Virus record (IMG/VR): IMGVR_UViG_3300037418_002142
Location: 4,183-68,182 of that record
Length of the DNA stretch: 64,000 nt
Source of the DNA: a virus
Lineage: Duplodnaviria; Caudoviricetes
Direction: 5' to 3' (one strand)
A program made the translations under genes and the position numbers. Below are positions 54,857-63,817 of this stretch, one piece after another (position 1 is the first letter of the stretch; each line of letters begins with the position of its first letter). The notes under the pieces are model-generated. The model did not search any database. It was not told where the DNA came from and was given only the letters and a program-made list of their open reading frames with translations.

Positions 54857-55386
54857 AGCGGCTGCACCGGGCCAAAGTCGTCTTGAATGCACGACGGCAA
54901 GCCGGGATCGCCCTTTAGCAAACTTTTCACCTTAGCAGACTGTGCGACTATTGCGGTGGCTCGCGCCTTCACACATGGATCTGTCTTTTTATGCTGCTCT
55001 TCTACATTTGGATCGCCAGCGCCGCACTCGGTGCAGTACGTTACCTCGTACGGCACGCCCAACACTCGGTCGCCAGTGGTTGATAGGAAATCGCTACGTA
55101 AGTCCTGTCGCACGCAGGTTTCCACCTTGTGCGTGGGGTGCCACTCGGCATCTGGCTTCGGGTGGCCCAGCACCTCGCGCTTTTCAGCCGCCTTGAGCGC
55201 TGTGATAGCCGCGTTGATTTCGGTTTCCTGGGCGTTGCACATTTCCAACTTCATGTTGGCCCCCTCGATCATGTGCGCGGCCTCGTTTAGTTTCGACTGC
55301 GCCTCTTTGCGTCGATCAGCTACGCCTTCCAGGTGTTGCCGTAGCAGCTCTATCGCCCACTCGTACTTACTGCGTTGGATGGTCAT
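54853..55386 (-). CDS. Hypothetical protein
   Basis: Coiled coil plus C..CG motif. Confidence 0.5.
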   Translation of the reverse strand: MTIQRSKYEWAIELLRQHLEGVADRRKEAQSKLNEAAHMIEGANMKLEMCNAQETEINAAITALKAAEKREVLGHPKPDAEWHPTHKVETCVRQDLRSDFLSTTGDRVLGVPYEVTYCTECGAGDPNVEEQHKKTDPCVKARATAIVAQSAKVKSLLKGDPGLPSCIQDDFGPVQPL

Positions 55387-55754
55387 CGCGTCAGCTCCTC
55401 GAATTTGGTGCCACGGTAGCGAATGGTTACTTTGTCGTTGATCATTTGCCCCGGTTCAGAGCCGGTGCCACATTGCGTGCCGCCCACTTCCACCTGAAAC
55501 AATGAATCCCCTACCCATACGGCGATCTTTTCGCCCGGCTCGGGCTTGATGCACTCGGGCTTCAGCCAGTTGGCCAGCGCTTCTTCGGCCTTGCGCTCCT
55601 CTTCATTGGCAGCGTAGAACCGGGCGCGCTGCGCCTCGGCTTGGCGCTTGGCCAACAGCCAATGGCGCACCAGCTCCAAGCCTTGCTGGGTAACACCAGC
55701 CGCGCGCGCCGTAGTAGGTGCCACCGTCAACCGCTCCATACGCAGCTCGCTCAT
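55383..55754 (-). CDS. Hypothetical protein
   Basis: ATGA-coupled. Confidence 0.55.
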   Translation of the reverse strand: MSELRMERLTVAPTTARAAGVTQQGLELVRHWLLAKRQAEAQRARFYAANEEERKAEEALANWLKPECIKPEPGEKIAVWVGDSLFQVEVGGTQCGTGSEPGQMINDKVTIRYRGTKFEELTR

Positions 55755-56032
55755 CGGTGAGACTCCGATTCGATGCCATAGAGAAACTTGTACTGGTTGA
55801 CGATGTTCTTGTCGCGCTCGCCGCGGCTCTCGAGGCTGAGTGACTCGGAAGTGCCGTGCATGGCCACCGCCTCTACATCGCAGAATCCGGCGGACACCGG
55901 CTTGACCCCGCGCATCTCACCCAGTACAAACGCGCGCTCCAAGCTGCGTGCTACGTCGGCATGCACGAGACGGTCGGGAAACATGACGGGCATGTGCTGC
56001 CCATCTTCGGTCTGGAACATGATGTATTTCAT
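55751..56032 (-). CDS. Conserved small phage protein
   Basis: MKYIMF....PV.FP..L.H..VA......PVSAGF......G.SESL...SR..D..I motif. Confidence 0.7.
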   Translation of the reverse strand: MKYIMFQTEDGQHMPVMFPDRLVHADVARSLERAFVLGEMRGVKPVSAGFCDVEAVAMHGTSESLSLESRGERDKNIVNQYKFLYGIESESHR

Positions 56033-56376
56033 GCCTCACCCCGCTTGGCGCGCTGCGTCGCCAGCCCACCGTTGCGGCCTACCTGTTGTGCAGTCTCCGG
56101 ATCCCTGGCGAACCCGCGCGGTGCGCTCTGCACGGTTTGCCCACCTTTGCGCCCGGCTTGGCTCGCCAGCGCACGGTCCTGGCTGAAACTGCGCTTGGCG
56201 CCCGGTACGGCAAGGCCACCCTTGCGGCCAGCGGCTTTCGCCAACTCACGGTTGGCAGCAAAACTGCGGCGCTCGCTGGGCACGGCGCGGCCGCCCATGG
56301 CGGCAATTTCACGCTGACGCTCGGGAGTCATGGTGGAAAAGCCACGCTTGGGCTTATTGTTGATTGCATCAGTCAT
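56029..56376 (-). CDS. KGG-repeat general stress protein (YciG/GsiB/Con-10-like)
   Basis: RGFSTM.PERQREIAAMGG followed by three RSF...ELA..AGRKGG repeats. Confidence 0.85.
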   Translation of the reverse strand: MTDAINNKPKRGFSTMTPERQREIAAMGGRAVPSERRSFAANRELAKAAGRKGGLAVPGAKRSFSQDRALASQAGRKGGQTVQSAPRGFARDPETAQQVGRNGGLATQRAKRGEA

Positions 56377-56378
56377 AG

Positions 56379-57182
56379 CTATTCTCCCTCGGGAGCCGGC
56401 TGACTACCGACCCACCGGGTTTTGCAGATAGAACAAACGAAGGCAACATCACAGCAAGAAATGGTTCGGCCGCAACCGTACTCAGCGCGCTCCTCGGCAG
56501 TAGTCTGCACACGTTCGGCGTAGCCCCCGCACTCGCACTTAATGGCGCGGGCGCCGCGCTCAAGCACGAAGCCTTTTTCGAGCGCTTCGCGAAGCTCGCG
56601 AGTAACGGGCGGCGTTGGCGCCGGGTATTCTTCGAGCAATTCCTCCAGCGCATCGGCTATGGAATAATGCCTATCGGCGCTGGCGTCGCGCTCGTCAGAA
56701 TACGGGTGCGACATAACTTCTTTGGCGGTGTCACGCTCCGCTTTGATACGGTCTCGCAGGCGCCGCTCGAGACTGACGAGCGGCTCGATGTTCTCGAGCA
56801 CGCCACGGCCCAAGTCAGCCCGTATGGGGCCGGTTACTCCCAGCTCACGCAACTTCGCTATGGCGGCGGGGATGTCGGAGCTGCCCACGCCGAACGCGAG
56901 TGTGCCGGGCCGGTGGCCGCGCGCTAATAGTAGCTCGTCACGTCGCGCCTCGAGCTGCCGGCGCCGCTGCTCCATGGTGTTTAAGATGGCGCTCAGCTCG
57001 TCGCCACCAATGGCGCCGGCCTCGGCTTCTTGCGTGTGGTAGTGGTCGACCACTAGTTGCACAGCCCAGGGGCTTTCTTTCAGCGCGGCGATTTCCGTTG
57101 TGCTGAACGGCAGCGACGCGTTGGGTTCAAGTTGTTCGATCGCTTTCATCATTGCAATTGCTCTTTGATGTGATTTCGCCAT
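56379..57182 (-). CDS. Hypothetical multidomain protein
   Basis: C-terminal CECGG...CC...F.C..C zinc-like cluster. Confidence 0.55.
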   Translation of the reverse strand: MAKSHQRAIAMMKAIEQLEPNASLPFSTTEIAALKESPWAVQLVVDHYHTQEAEAGAIGGDELSAILNTMEQRRRQLEARRDELLLARGHRPGTLAFGVGSSDIPAAIAKLRELGVTGPIRADLGRGVLENIEPLVSLERRLRDRIKAERDTAKEVMSHPYSDERDASADRHYSIADALEELLEEYPAPTPPVTRELREALEKGFVLERGARAIKCECGGYAERVQTTAEERAEYGCGRTISCCDVAFVCSICKTRWVGSQPAPEGE

Positions 57183-59317
57183 TCGTCATTCGTACGATCT
57201 TTCCACTTGTCACCGTCGAAAAGAGCGTACACCGTAAAGTTCACCCCCTTTATCTCGAGCTTACGGCGCGCGAACTTGTGCTTGTGCATCACGGCGCCGA
57301 GTGATTTGGTGGTTAGGTTGAACAGGCGCAGATGCTTCTCCTGCGCGTAAGTGTTCAGACATTCGACCAGCCGGTTAGGCGTGTACAGGTCCCAGGTGGC
57401 GCGGCGATTCATGGTGCCGTCGCGGTGGCGGGTGCCCAGAATTTGGTTGGGACTGCGGTAAAGCAGCTCTACGAGATCACCGAGCACGTTATCGCTGACC
57501 CTTACCATCTTGGACCGAGCATGCGTATGCGGCGCCGCCCCGTATGGGTTGAAGTTGGTGCACGGGCGCGCAAGCAAGTAGCCGAACACTTTTTCGTAGC
57601 CGCCGTTGTCTAGCCAGCCGTGGAACTCTTTGAACTGCTCGTCCGTCCACTTGTCAGCGGCACTCGGGCCCTTGATGACGAACAGCCGGCGGTCCTCCTG
57701 CTCGAGACGCAGCGCGTCCTCGCAGTTGCTGGCCATGATAATGTTGACCACGTTGTCCACGGTCTGACGGTCCATGTACTTGCGACTGTAGTCAATCGTG
57801 TCCTCGGTAATGAGGGTCTTGAGGCGCTCCATCACCGCTTTCTGCTCGCCGTAACTGGGCATGTGCACTTCGTTAATCACCACGTACTGGCGCAGCGCCC
57901 ACTCGTTGTAGCTGTCCATCAGCGTGCTGCCGGAGATACTGCCCCAATTCAGATTCTTCGCCCCGTACATGGGAAACAACGTTTCCGCCAGGGTGTTTTT
58001 GCCCACGCCTTGCGCCTTGGACCAGACCAGGACGGCTTGGCGCAGCTTGGCGCCAAGATGTATGAGCGGGTACGCCATCCAGTCTATGAACCACTCGCGG
58101 TGCTCGTCGGATAACTCGGGGGTCATGTACTCGACAAAGTCAAGCCACGGGCGAACTGTTGACGGCTTGCCGTTGTAAGGCACGGGCACCAACGGCGTAG
58201 GGCGCCACTCGTTCAGGGTCTCGAACTCGTCGCCCGGTTCAGCGCGGAAGCGTGCCGGCTTGCCGGGGGCGAACACGACATCTGTCACCGTCGTGCGCTT
58301 CGGATCACGTTCGCTGGGCCATAGGGTGATTGGGAGCACGCGTTTTTTGCCGTCGGCGCTCAGCACGGTGTTGCCCACGCCGTATTCGTCCTGTAGCTTT
58401 TCGCGGCTGCTGTAGTAAACGCGCGTTACGGTGTTATAAAAGCGCACCTTACGACGCGCGTACACTACCTCGGCGTCGAACTTGGCGAACGCTTCCTCGA
58501 TCTCGTCGAGGCTGCGCGGTACGTCGTAATAGGCGGCGCGCGCTTGTTTCTTGGGATAGCTGACGAGGAAATCGTCGAGCGCGGTTTTTGCGTGCCCCTC
58601 CGTACGGAACCGCACGTAAGCGATGGACTTGGGGCGCTTCTCGCGTCGCAGCGTATAGCCAATGGCGTACATGGCGGCGCTGCCGGCCTTGGCGCCGTAC
58701 ACGTCGCTGTCGTAGCAGATTTCAGCGTCGACGCTGGGCCAGTCGAACCAGTCGAATTCATCCAACAGTACGACACCGTGCCGTTGGCTACCTTCGCTGT
58801 TGATGCCGCCGATGCTGATACACGGAATGTTATACATGGCTGCGGCGATCGCCTTCTTCTCGCCTTCGGTGATGGCGAGCGGTCCTGGAACGGCGAAGTG
58901 GTGCGGCGGCTTTTTACCGCGCTGCCAGTCGAGAATTGGAACCGGTAGATATACGTGCGGCAGCGTGTTAACCGGGTTACGGTAGCGATTGCGCTTGCCG
59001 TTGTCTGTCTTGCTCCATTGGCCGCGCAGTATGCGGGCACGCCCGTAATTCATCATCGTGCCATCGGCGTTCCAGTACGGGAACCACGCCGTTTCAGCCG
59101 TGAAGTCTTTGGGCACGGACTTCGGGTTCTTCGGGTGCAGCTTAGCCCATGTCTCGTCGGCGTCGAGCGCTTCTATTTTCAGGGCGCGGGCTACCTCAGG
59201 CGTGATGCCGCTGCGCGCTAGGTCTGCGTTGAGTAACTCCTCCAGTGATGAATCGTTCTTGGATCGTTTGCGTGCCTCGCCGATCGAGACAACTTTGTCT
59301 TTAAATCCCACGCGCAA
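57149..59317 (-). CDS. Primase-helicase (DUF3854-like TOPRIM plus SF3/DUF5906-like helicase)
   Basis: ITEGEKKA, ICYDSD, LDDFL TOPRIM motifs; QGVGKN Walker A, VINE Walker B, K..IT......RK, SN..DAL..E..DRR. Confidence 0.9.
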   Translation of the reverse strand: MRVGFKDKVVSIGEARKRSKNDSSLEELLNADLARSGITPEVARALKIEALDADETWAKLHPKNPKSVPKDFTAETAWFPYWNADGTMMNYGRARILRGQWSKTDNGKRNRYRNPVNTLPHVYLPVPILDWQRGKKPPHHFAVPGPLAITEGEKKAIAAAMYNIPCISIGGINSEGSQRHGVVLLDEFDWFDWPSVDAEICYDSDVYGAKAGSAAMYAIGYTLRREKRPKSIAYVRFRTEGHAKTALDDFLVSYPKKQARAAYYDVPRSLDEIEEAFAKFDAEVVYARRKVRFYNTVTRVYYSSREKLQDEYGVGNTVLSADGKKRVLPITLWPSERDPKRTTVTDVVFAPGKPARFRAEPGDEFETLNEWRPTPLVPVPYNGKPSTVRPWLDFVEYMTPELSDEHREWFIDWMAYPLIHLGAKLRQAVLVWSKAQGVGKNTLAETLFPMYGAKNLNWGSISGSTLMDSYNEWALRQYVVINEVHMPSYGEQKAVMERLKTLITEDTIDYSRKYMDRQTVDNVVNIIMASNCEDALRLEQEDRRLFVIKGPSAADKWTDEQFKEFHGWLDNGGYEKVFGYLLARPCTNFNPYGAAPHTHARSKMVRVSDNVLGDLVELLYRSPNQILGTRHRDGTMNRRATWDLYTPNRLVECLNTYAQEKHLRLFNLTTKSLGAVMHKHKFARRKLEIKGVNFTVYALFDGDKWKDRTNDEWRNHIKEQLQ

Positions 59318-59390
59318 CTCCCGCAGAAAGAGATGACGAGCCTGTCGGCCCCTTGGCCAGCGGCTTAAGTGTTAGTGCGGGTTTGTGGCG

Positions 59391-59633
59391 CTAGGCTGCG
59401 GCCGTTGCCGCGTCGCGGTTCTTTAAGTAGCGCTTGACAACGTCGATCGCTTCGGTGCTAAACAGGCGCCGGTTGTTGCTGTCGCGAATCACGCGTATGG
59501 CGCCACGATTCGCAAGGTTGCGCACCAGCGTTTCGTTAGTGCCGGCAGCCTGGGCCACGGCGCTTACCGTTAAAGTGAACCCCGCGCTGTCGGAATTGGA
59601 CTGCCCCGCAGCCCGCGCATTCGAATTCTTCAT
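59391..59633 (-). CDS. MerR-like helix-turn-helix DNA-binding protein
   Basis: LTVSAVAQAAG....LVRN.ANRG.I...RDSNNRRLF pattern. Confidence 0.75.
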   Translation of the reverse strand: MKNSNARAAGQSNSDSAGFTLTVSAVAQAAGTNETLVRNLANRGAIRVIRDSNNRRLFSTEAIDVVKRYLKNRDAATAAA

Positions 59634-59869
59634 TGGCTTCGACCCGTCCCGAAAATGCTTGTTAGTTTGCACCGTGGCCGGCTTTGCAGCCTGTATTGCT
59701 ACGGTGGCGGCGCAGCATACCACCGGCTGCTTAGTAGCGGCGCAACCCGGAGCTAAGTTGGCCTAAGTTATTGTTTTGCTTGGCAAAATAGGTACCCACC
59801 GACCCCCGTTTGTGGAAACGGCGAGTAAAAGTGAGCAAATTACTCGGCTTGGCGCAACCTAACATCGCA

Positions 59870-60115
59870 ACTGGGGTGGTAGGTGGGTCACTTGCTTTTT
59901 GTATTTCGGCCAAAACGCTCTATTACGGCCCTACCCACCAACCCACCTAGTTGTACCCCATAGAAGGTAGGTAGAGATAGAAATATATAGTAAGGGCGGT
60001 ATATAGGCACCCCTATATTGGTAAAAGGGTAAGGGTGGTACTAGGTGGGTGGGTGGGTACACTAAATTTGCAGCAAAAACAACGGCTTAGTTGCCGCCAC
60101 CCGCCCCACCTAGCC
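59870..60115. other. Putative replication origin
   Basis: 20-bp inverted repeat (19/20) around an AT-rich core; CCCACCTA/TAGGTGGG iterons; C-to-G skew switch; next to the primase. Confidence 0.55.
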
Positions 60116-60235
60116 TGCCAGCCCATCTCAACGGACCGTTTTGGGACATGTTAGGTACGCGAAGGCCGAGGAAAATGCTCCACCCACCGAGCACTTTCGT
60201 GCCTTTACGGGCGCGTGCGGTTACGCTGCCGCCCC

Positions 60236-60838
60236 ATGAACCCTGATACGCTGTTGGCCTTAGCGAGTGCGAAAGCAATACCGCTGGAGCCGCGAGAAGT
60301 CAACACTCCTCCCAACAACCGCAGAGCCATCAACGCCACCGGCCGGCACACCAGCGTGTACGCGCCGCGCGAGTGGACCCACCAAGAGTTGGCGATGGCC
60401 GCCCAAGGCTTAAAGCAGACCCCGTGGCGGGCAGCGCTGTACGCCGTGGCCGGTGTGCGCGGCAAGGACAACTGGGATTATCTGCATCGTTGTTTGGTGG
60501 ATTGTGCGAGAGCCGAGGCTACGCGCAACCTTTGGCCGCTGGGCGTAGCGCGCATAGACGGCACTGAGCAGCCGTACCTCGACGAGTTGGCGACGCTGGT
60601 GCTGCATGCGCAAGGCAACCTGCGCCCGCTGGCGTTGGCCACGCAGCGCTTTGGTGCGATCTGTCTGAATGTTAGCGACGATGTTTGGGATATAGAGCTG
60701 TTGCCGAAGTACGAGTTGCTCACTGATCGTTTCGAGTGTTGGTTGCGCCGAGCACGCGTTGTTTTGAGCGGCCGGCTGCACGGTGACGCCGAAATTGCCG
60801 CCCTACAGGCGCAATTGGCCCGGCGCCTAGCGGCGTAA
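60236..60838 (+). CDS. Putative late-gene regulator (antiterminator Q-like)
   Basis: First gene of the + strand unit, upstream of terS; C-terminal VS...W.....PKYE.L....E.W resembles lambda Q-type C-termini. Confidence 0.45.
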   Translation: MNPDTLLALASAKAIPLEPREVNTPPNNRRAINATGRHTSVYAPREWTHQELAMAAQGLKQTPWRAALYAVAGVRGKDNWDYLHRCLVDCARAEATRNLWPLGVARIDGTEQPYLDELATLVLHAQGNLRPLALATQRFGAICLNVSDDVWDIELLPKYELLTDRFECWLRRARVVLSGRLHGDAEIAALQAQLARRLAA

Positions 60839-61043
60839 GCCCTTGTTTTAGTTGGCGTTTTGCGCCCCGCGCTTGCGTGCTTGAGCGCGAGCGCGGTAGT
60901 ATACCCGCCCATTGCGGCCAGGGTGTGGCCGCGTTGCTACCGCCGGCGCCCTTGGAGTGTTAGACCAACGACCGCTGGCTGCTGCCGAGTGAGGCAGCGT
61001 GTCGCCAAGAACACTTACAACATGGCGACCAACCCAACCAAAC

Positions 61044-61670
61044 ATGCGAGAAATACCGATGAAGAAGCGGCGTAAGTCTACGTCGAAGAAGCGGCAGGAT
61101 CCTGCGCAGCGACGAGAAGAAGCGCGCTTGGTCAAGACCTTGGATGCCGCTGCCGAAGAAGCGATGAATCCGGTGGGCAGACCGGAAGATTACACGCTGG
61201 AGTTGGCTGATAAGGTCTGCGCGTTGATCGCGTCGGGCAAGTCATTGATGAGGATCTGCAGAGATCCAGCGATGCCGTGCCTGACCACGATCTATCGCTG
61301 GCAGCGCGTGCATCCTGAGTTTGCGGCCGCCTATGCGCGTGCGAGAGAAGATCAGGCCGACACGCTCGCTGACGAAACCCTAGAGATCGCCGACACCCCG
61401 CAGGAAGGTGAGGAGACGGTGGTGAAGGATGGATATACCGAAATTCGGCGTGGCGACATGCTGGGGCACCGCAAGCTCCAGGTAGAAACGCGCAAGTGGT
61501 TCGCTGCGAAGATGCAGCCGAAGAAGTACGGCGACCGGCAGAACCTCGCGCTCAGCAACCCCGATGGTGGCCCCGTTGAAGTCAAGAATCCTGATGAGCT
61601 GAGCGATGACCAGCTTGCAGATATCGTCCGCAGAGGCGGCGCAGCATCTTCTGAATCGTCGGAGAGCTAG
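61044..61670 (+). CDS. terS: Terminase small subunit (Sf6 gp1-like)
   Basis: Y..ELADKVC..IASG.SL..IC....MP...TIYRW.....EF...YARARE.QAD..ADE..EIAD; R.LQVETRKW.A.K..PKKYGD. Confidence 0.92.
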   Translation: MREIPMKKRRKSTSKKRQDPAQRREEARLVKTLDAAAEEAMNPVGRPEDYTLELADKVCALIASGKSLMRICRDPAMPCLTTIYRWQRVHPEFAAAYARAREDQADTLADETLEIADTPQEGEETVVKDGYTEIRRGDMLGHRKLQVETRKWFAAKMQPKKYGDRQNLALSNPDGGPVEVKNPDELSDDQLADIVRRGGAASSESSES

Positions 61671-63117
61671 AACCGACGTCGTAACATACGCCGGTATCAT
61701 CGATGTACCGGGCCGCCCACTGGGCGATGCGCGCAGAGCGGTCAGCAAGGAAGTCGAGGATGACGATAATAACGACGAAGACTACGCGCTCTTCGCTCCT
61801 GTCGAGTCTCGACTCGCGGTACACCACAAGCTGATCCTAAACGCGATGGCGCGCACGGCCGCGCGCCGCTACGGGCGACTGATGATCTTTGCGCCGCCCG
61901 GTAGCGCGAAAACCTCGTACGCTTCCGTCGTGTACCCGAGTCACTACCTCGGCAGCAACCCAGGCAGCCGATTGCTCCTGGCGAGTTACGGTGACAGCCC
62001 CGCCAAGCGCATGGGGCGCCGCACGCGCGCGGTACTACAACAACCGCGTTATCGCCGCATATTCAACACCGGGTTGAACCGCCGCTCCACTGCGGCTGAC
62101 AACTTCACGCTAGAGAACGGTAGTGAGTATCTGGCCAGCAGCATCAGCGGCGCTGTAACGAGTTATCGTGCCGACGGCGTGATCATCGACGACCCGGTGA
62201 AGGGCCGCGCCGAGGCGAAGAGCGAAAAGGAGCAGGAGAAAACCTGGGAGTCGTATACGGATGACGTGTCAAGCCGTCTGGTGCCTGGCGGCTGGCTCGT
62301 GCTCATTCAAACTCGTTGGGATGAGCGCGACCTCGCCGGCCAGATTTTGCCAGAAGGCTGGAAAGGCGAAAGCGGCATGTTCAAGTGCCGCGATGGTCGC
62401 GATTGGGAGATACTCTGTCTTCAGGCGAAGTGTGCGACGACTACTGACCCGCTGGGGCGGCAGATCGGCGAGTACATCTGGCCCGAGTGGTTCGACGCTG
62501 CGCACTGGGTTCAGTACGAGTGTTTGCCGCAAACGTGGGCGTCGTTGTTTCAGCAGATCCCGTCGCCGTTGGAAGGCGCGCTGTTCAAACCTGACATGTT
62601 GCAAACGTTGGACGCCGTGCCTTCGGATGTCACGAAATGGGTTCGAGCGTACGATCTCGCCGCCACCGCGGATGACGGCGCGTACACTGCCGGCGTGCTG
62701 ATGGGAATGCGCGAGGGCAAGAAGCCGGTTGTTGCCGACGTGCGGCGCATGCAGGGTTCACCTGATCAGGTGGAAAAGCTGATCGTCAACACCGCGCAGG
62801 CTGATGGCAAGGACGTGGAGATACATCTACCGCAAGATCCGGGGCAAGCCGGCAAGTCGCAGATCGCGTATCTAACGTCGAAGCTGCTCGGATACAAAGT
62901 CAAGTCGTCGCCTGAGACCGGCGATAAGGTAACGCGCGCTTCGCCGTTCGCGTCGCAGGTCAACGTTGGCAATGGTGCTATCGTACGCGGTACGTGGAAC
63001 CGCGCGTTCACTGAAGAACTCCGCGTGTTCCCCAACGGAACGTACAAGGATCAAGTAGACGCTGCGTCGCGAGCGTTCGCCGCGATAGTCGTAGCTCGTC
63101 GTAGTTATTTCGGGTGA
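61606..63117 (+). CDS. terL: Terminase large subunit
   Basis: APPGSAKT Walker A, IIDDPVK, IQTRW.E.DL.G, R.YDLAAT, PQDPGQAGK, FPNG.YKDQVDA.S. Confidence 0.95.
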   Translation: MTSLQISSAEAAQHLLNRRRARTDVVTYAGIIDVPGRPLGDARRAVSKEVEDDDNNDEDYALFAPVESRLAVHHKLILNAMARTAARRYGRLMIFAPPGSAKTSYASVVYPSHYLGSNPGSRLLLASYGDSPAKRMGRRTRAVLQQPRYRRIFNTGLNRRSTAADNFTLENGSEYLASSISGAVTSYRADGVIIDDPVKGRAEAKSEKEQEKTWESYTDDVSSRLVPGGWLVLIQTRWDERDLAGQILPEGWKGESGMFKCRDGRDWEILCLQAKCATTTDPLGRQIGEYIWPEWFDAAHWVQYECLPQTWASLFQQIPSPLEGALFKPDMLQTLDAVPSDVTKWVRAYDLAATADDGAYTAGVLMGMREGKKPVVADVRRMQGSPDQVEKLIVNTAQADGKDVEIHLPQDPGQAGKSQIAYLTSKLLGYKVKSSPETGDKVTRASPFASQVNVGNGAIVRGTWNRAFTEELRVFPNGTYKDQVDAASRAFAAIVVARRSYFG

Positions 63118-63122
63118 GGTGA

Positions 63123-63326
63123 TTGATGTCGTACGCACGCGTAGCTGGATACACCAAGCCTCGCCCGGCGCATACATGCGGGCTGACGCCGGTTGAAACA
63201 GTGCCGAATCCCTTTCCTCGTCCTCGCACAGAAAGTCAAATACGCCGCGATCTGGCGATGCAGTTGGGCACGATGCTGGAGCGATGGGACGAACGGCTGA
63301 AGAAAGATAAGGAGGGGAAGCGATGA
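63123..63326 (+). CDS. Hypothetical protein
   Basis: GAGG RBS after the terL stop. Confidence 0.45.
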   Translation: MMSYARVAGYTKPRPAHTCGLTPVETVPNPFPRPRTESQIRRDLAMQLGTMLERWDERLKKDKEGKR

Positions 63327-63559
63327 GTAAGAGGGCCGCGAATGACAATATTGACGAAGTATGGCGCCAGCTCCAAGCGCAGGGATACGCGGTGTACTCG
63401 AAAGCGGCGGTGGATGAAGAGCAGAAGAATCAACGCTGCGCGCCGTCTCTTGTGCTCGTGCTCGCGTTGCCGAAAGAACTTGGTATCTCGCCGATGGAAA
63501 GTAGCTTCGCTTATGAGTCGTTTGAATTGGAGATTGGCCATGACGAAGCGCGAACGTGA
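63323..63559 (+). CDS. Hypothetical protein
   Basis: GGAGG RBS; ATGA coupling. Confidence 0.55.
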   Translation: MSKRAANDNIDEVWRQLQAQGYAVYSKAAVDEEQKNQRCAPSLVLVLALPKELGISPMESSFAYESFELEIGHDEART

Positions 63560-63707
63560 GTTGTTCGAGCGTATCGAGAGTCTCGAGCGTCGTGTGCTAG
63601 ATCTCGAAGCTCGCCCGCCCGCCATTCTGCCGTCGGTGTTCGTGCCGGTCGCGGTTCCGCACGATCCGCAGTACTCCCCATGGCACTGGCCGCAAACCGT
63701 ATGCTAA
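63540..63707 (+). CDS. Hypothetical protein (MTKRERELFE)
   Basis: GGAG RBS; short coiled coil. Confidence 0.5.
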   Translation: MTKRERELFERIESLERRVLDLEARPPAILPSVFVPVAVPHDPQYSPWHWPQTVC

Positions 63708-63817
63708 CTCGACTTTGGGTGCGGGTGCTGTGGTGGCTCGCGTATCGTACTGACGATGTTGGCTACGAAAGCGCGAAGCTTGAACACAGTCGTAAGAACG
63801 ACACAGGCTATCTGTGA
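63701..63817 (+). CDS. 38-aa hypothetical peptide (MLTRLWVRVLWW)
   Basis: Lies between two ATGCTAACTCG copies; coupled to both neighbours. Confidence 0.4.
   Translation: MLTRLWVRVLWWLAYRTDDVGYESAKLEHSRKNDTGYL

Noticed and set aside
60860-60905. Late promoter TTGCGT-N18-TAGTAT upstream of terS
   Set aside because: Weak match in GC-rich sequence with a non-optimal spacer; not supportable without TSS data.
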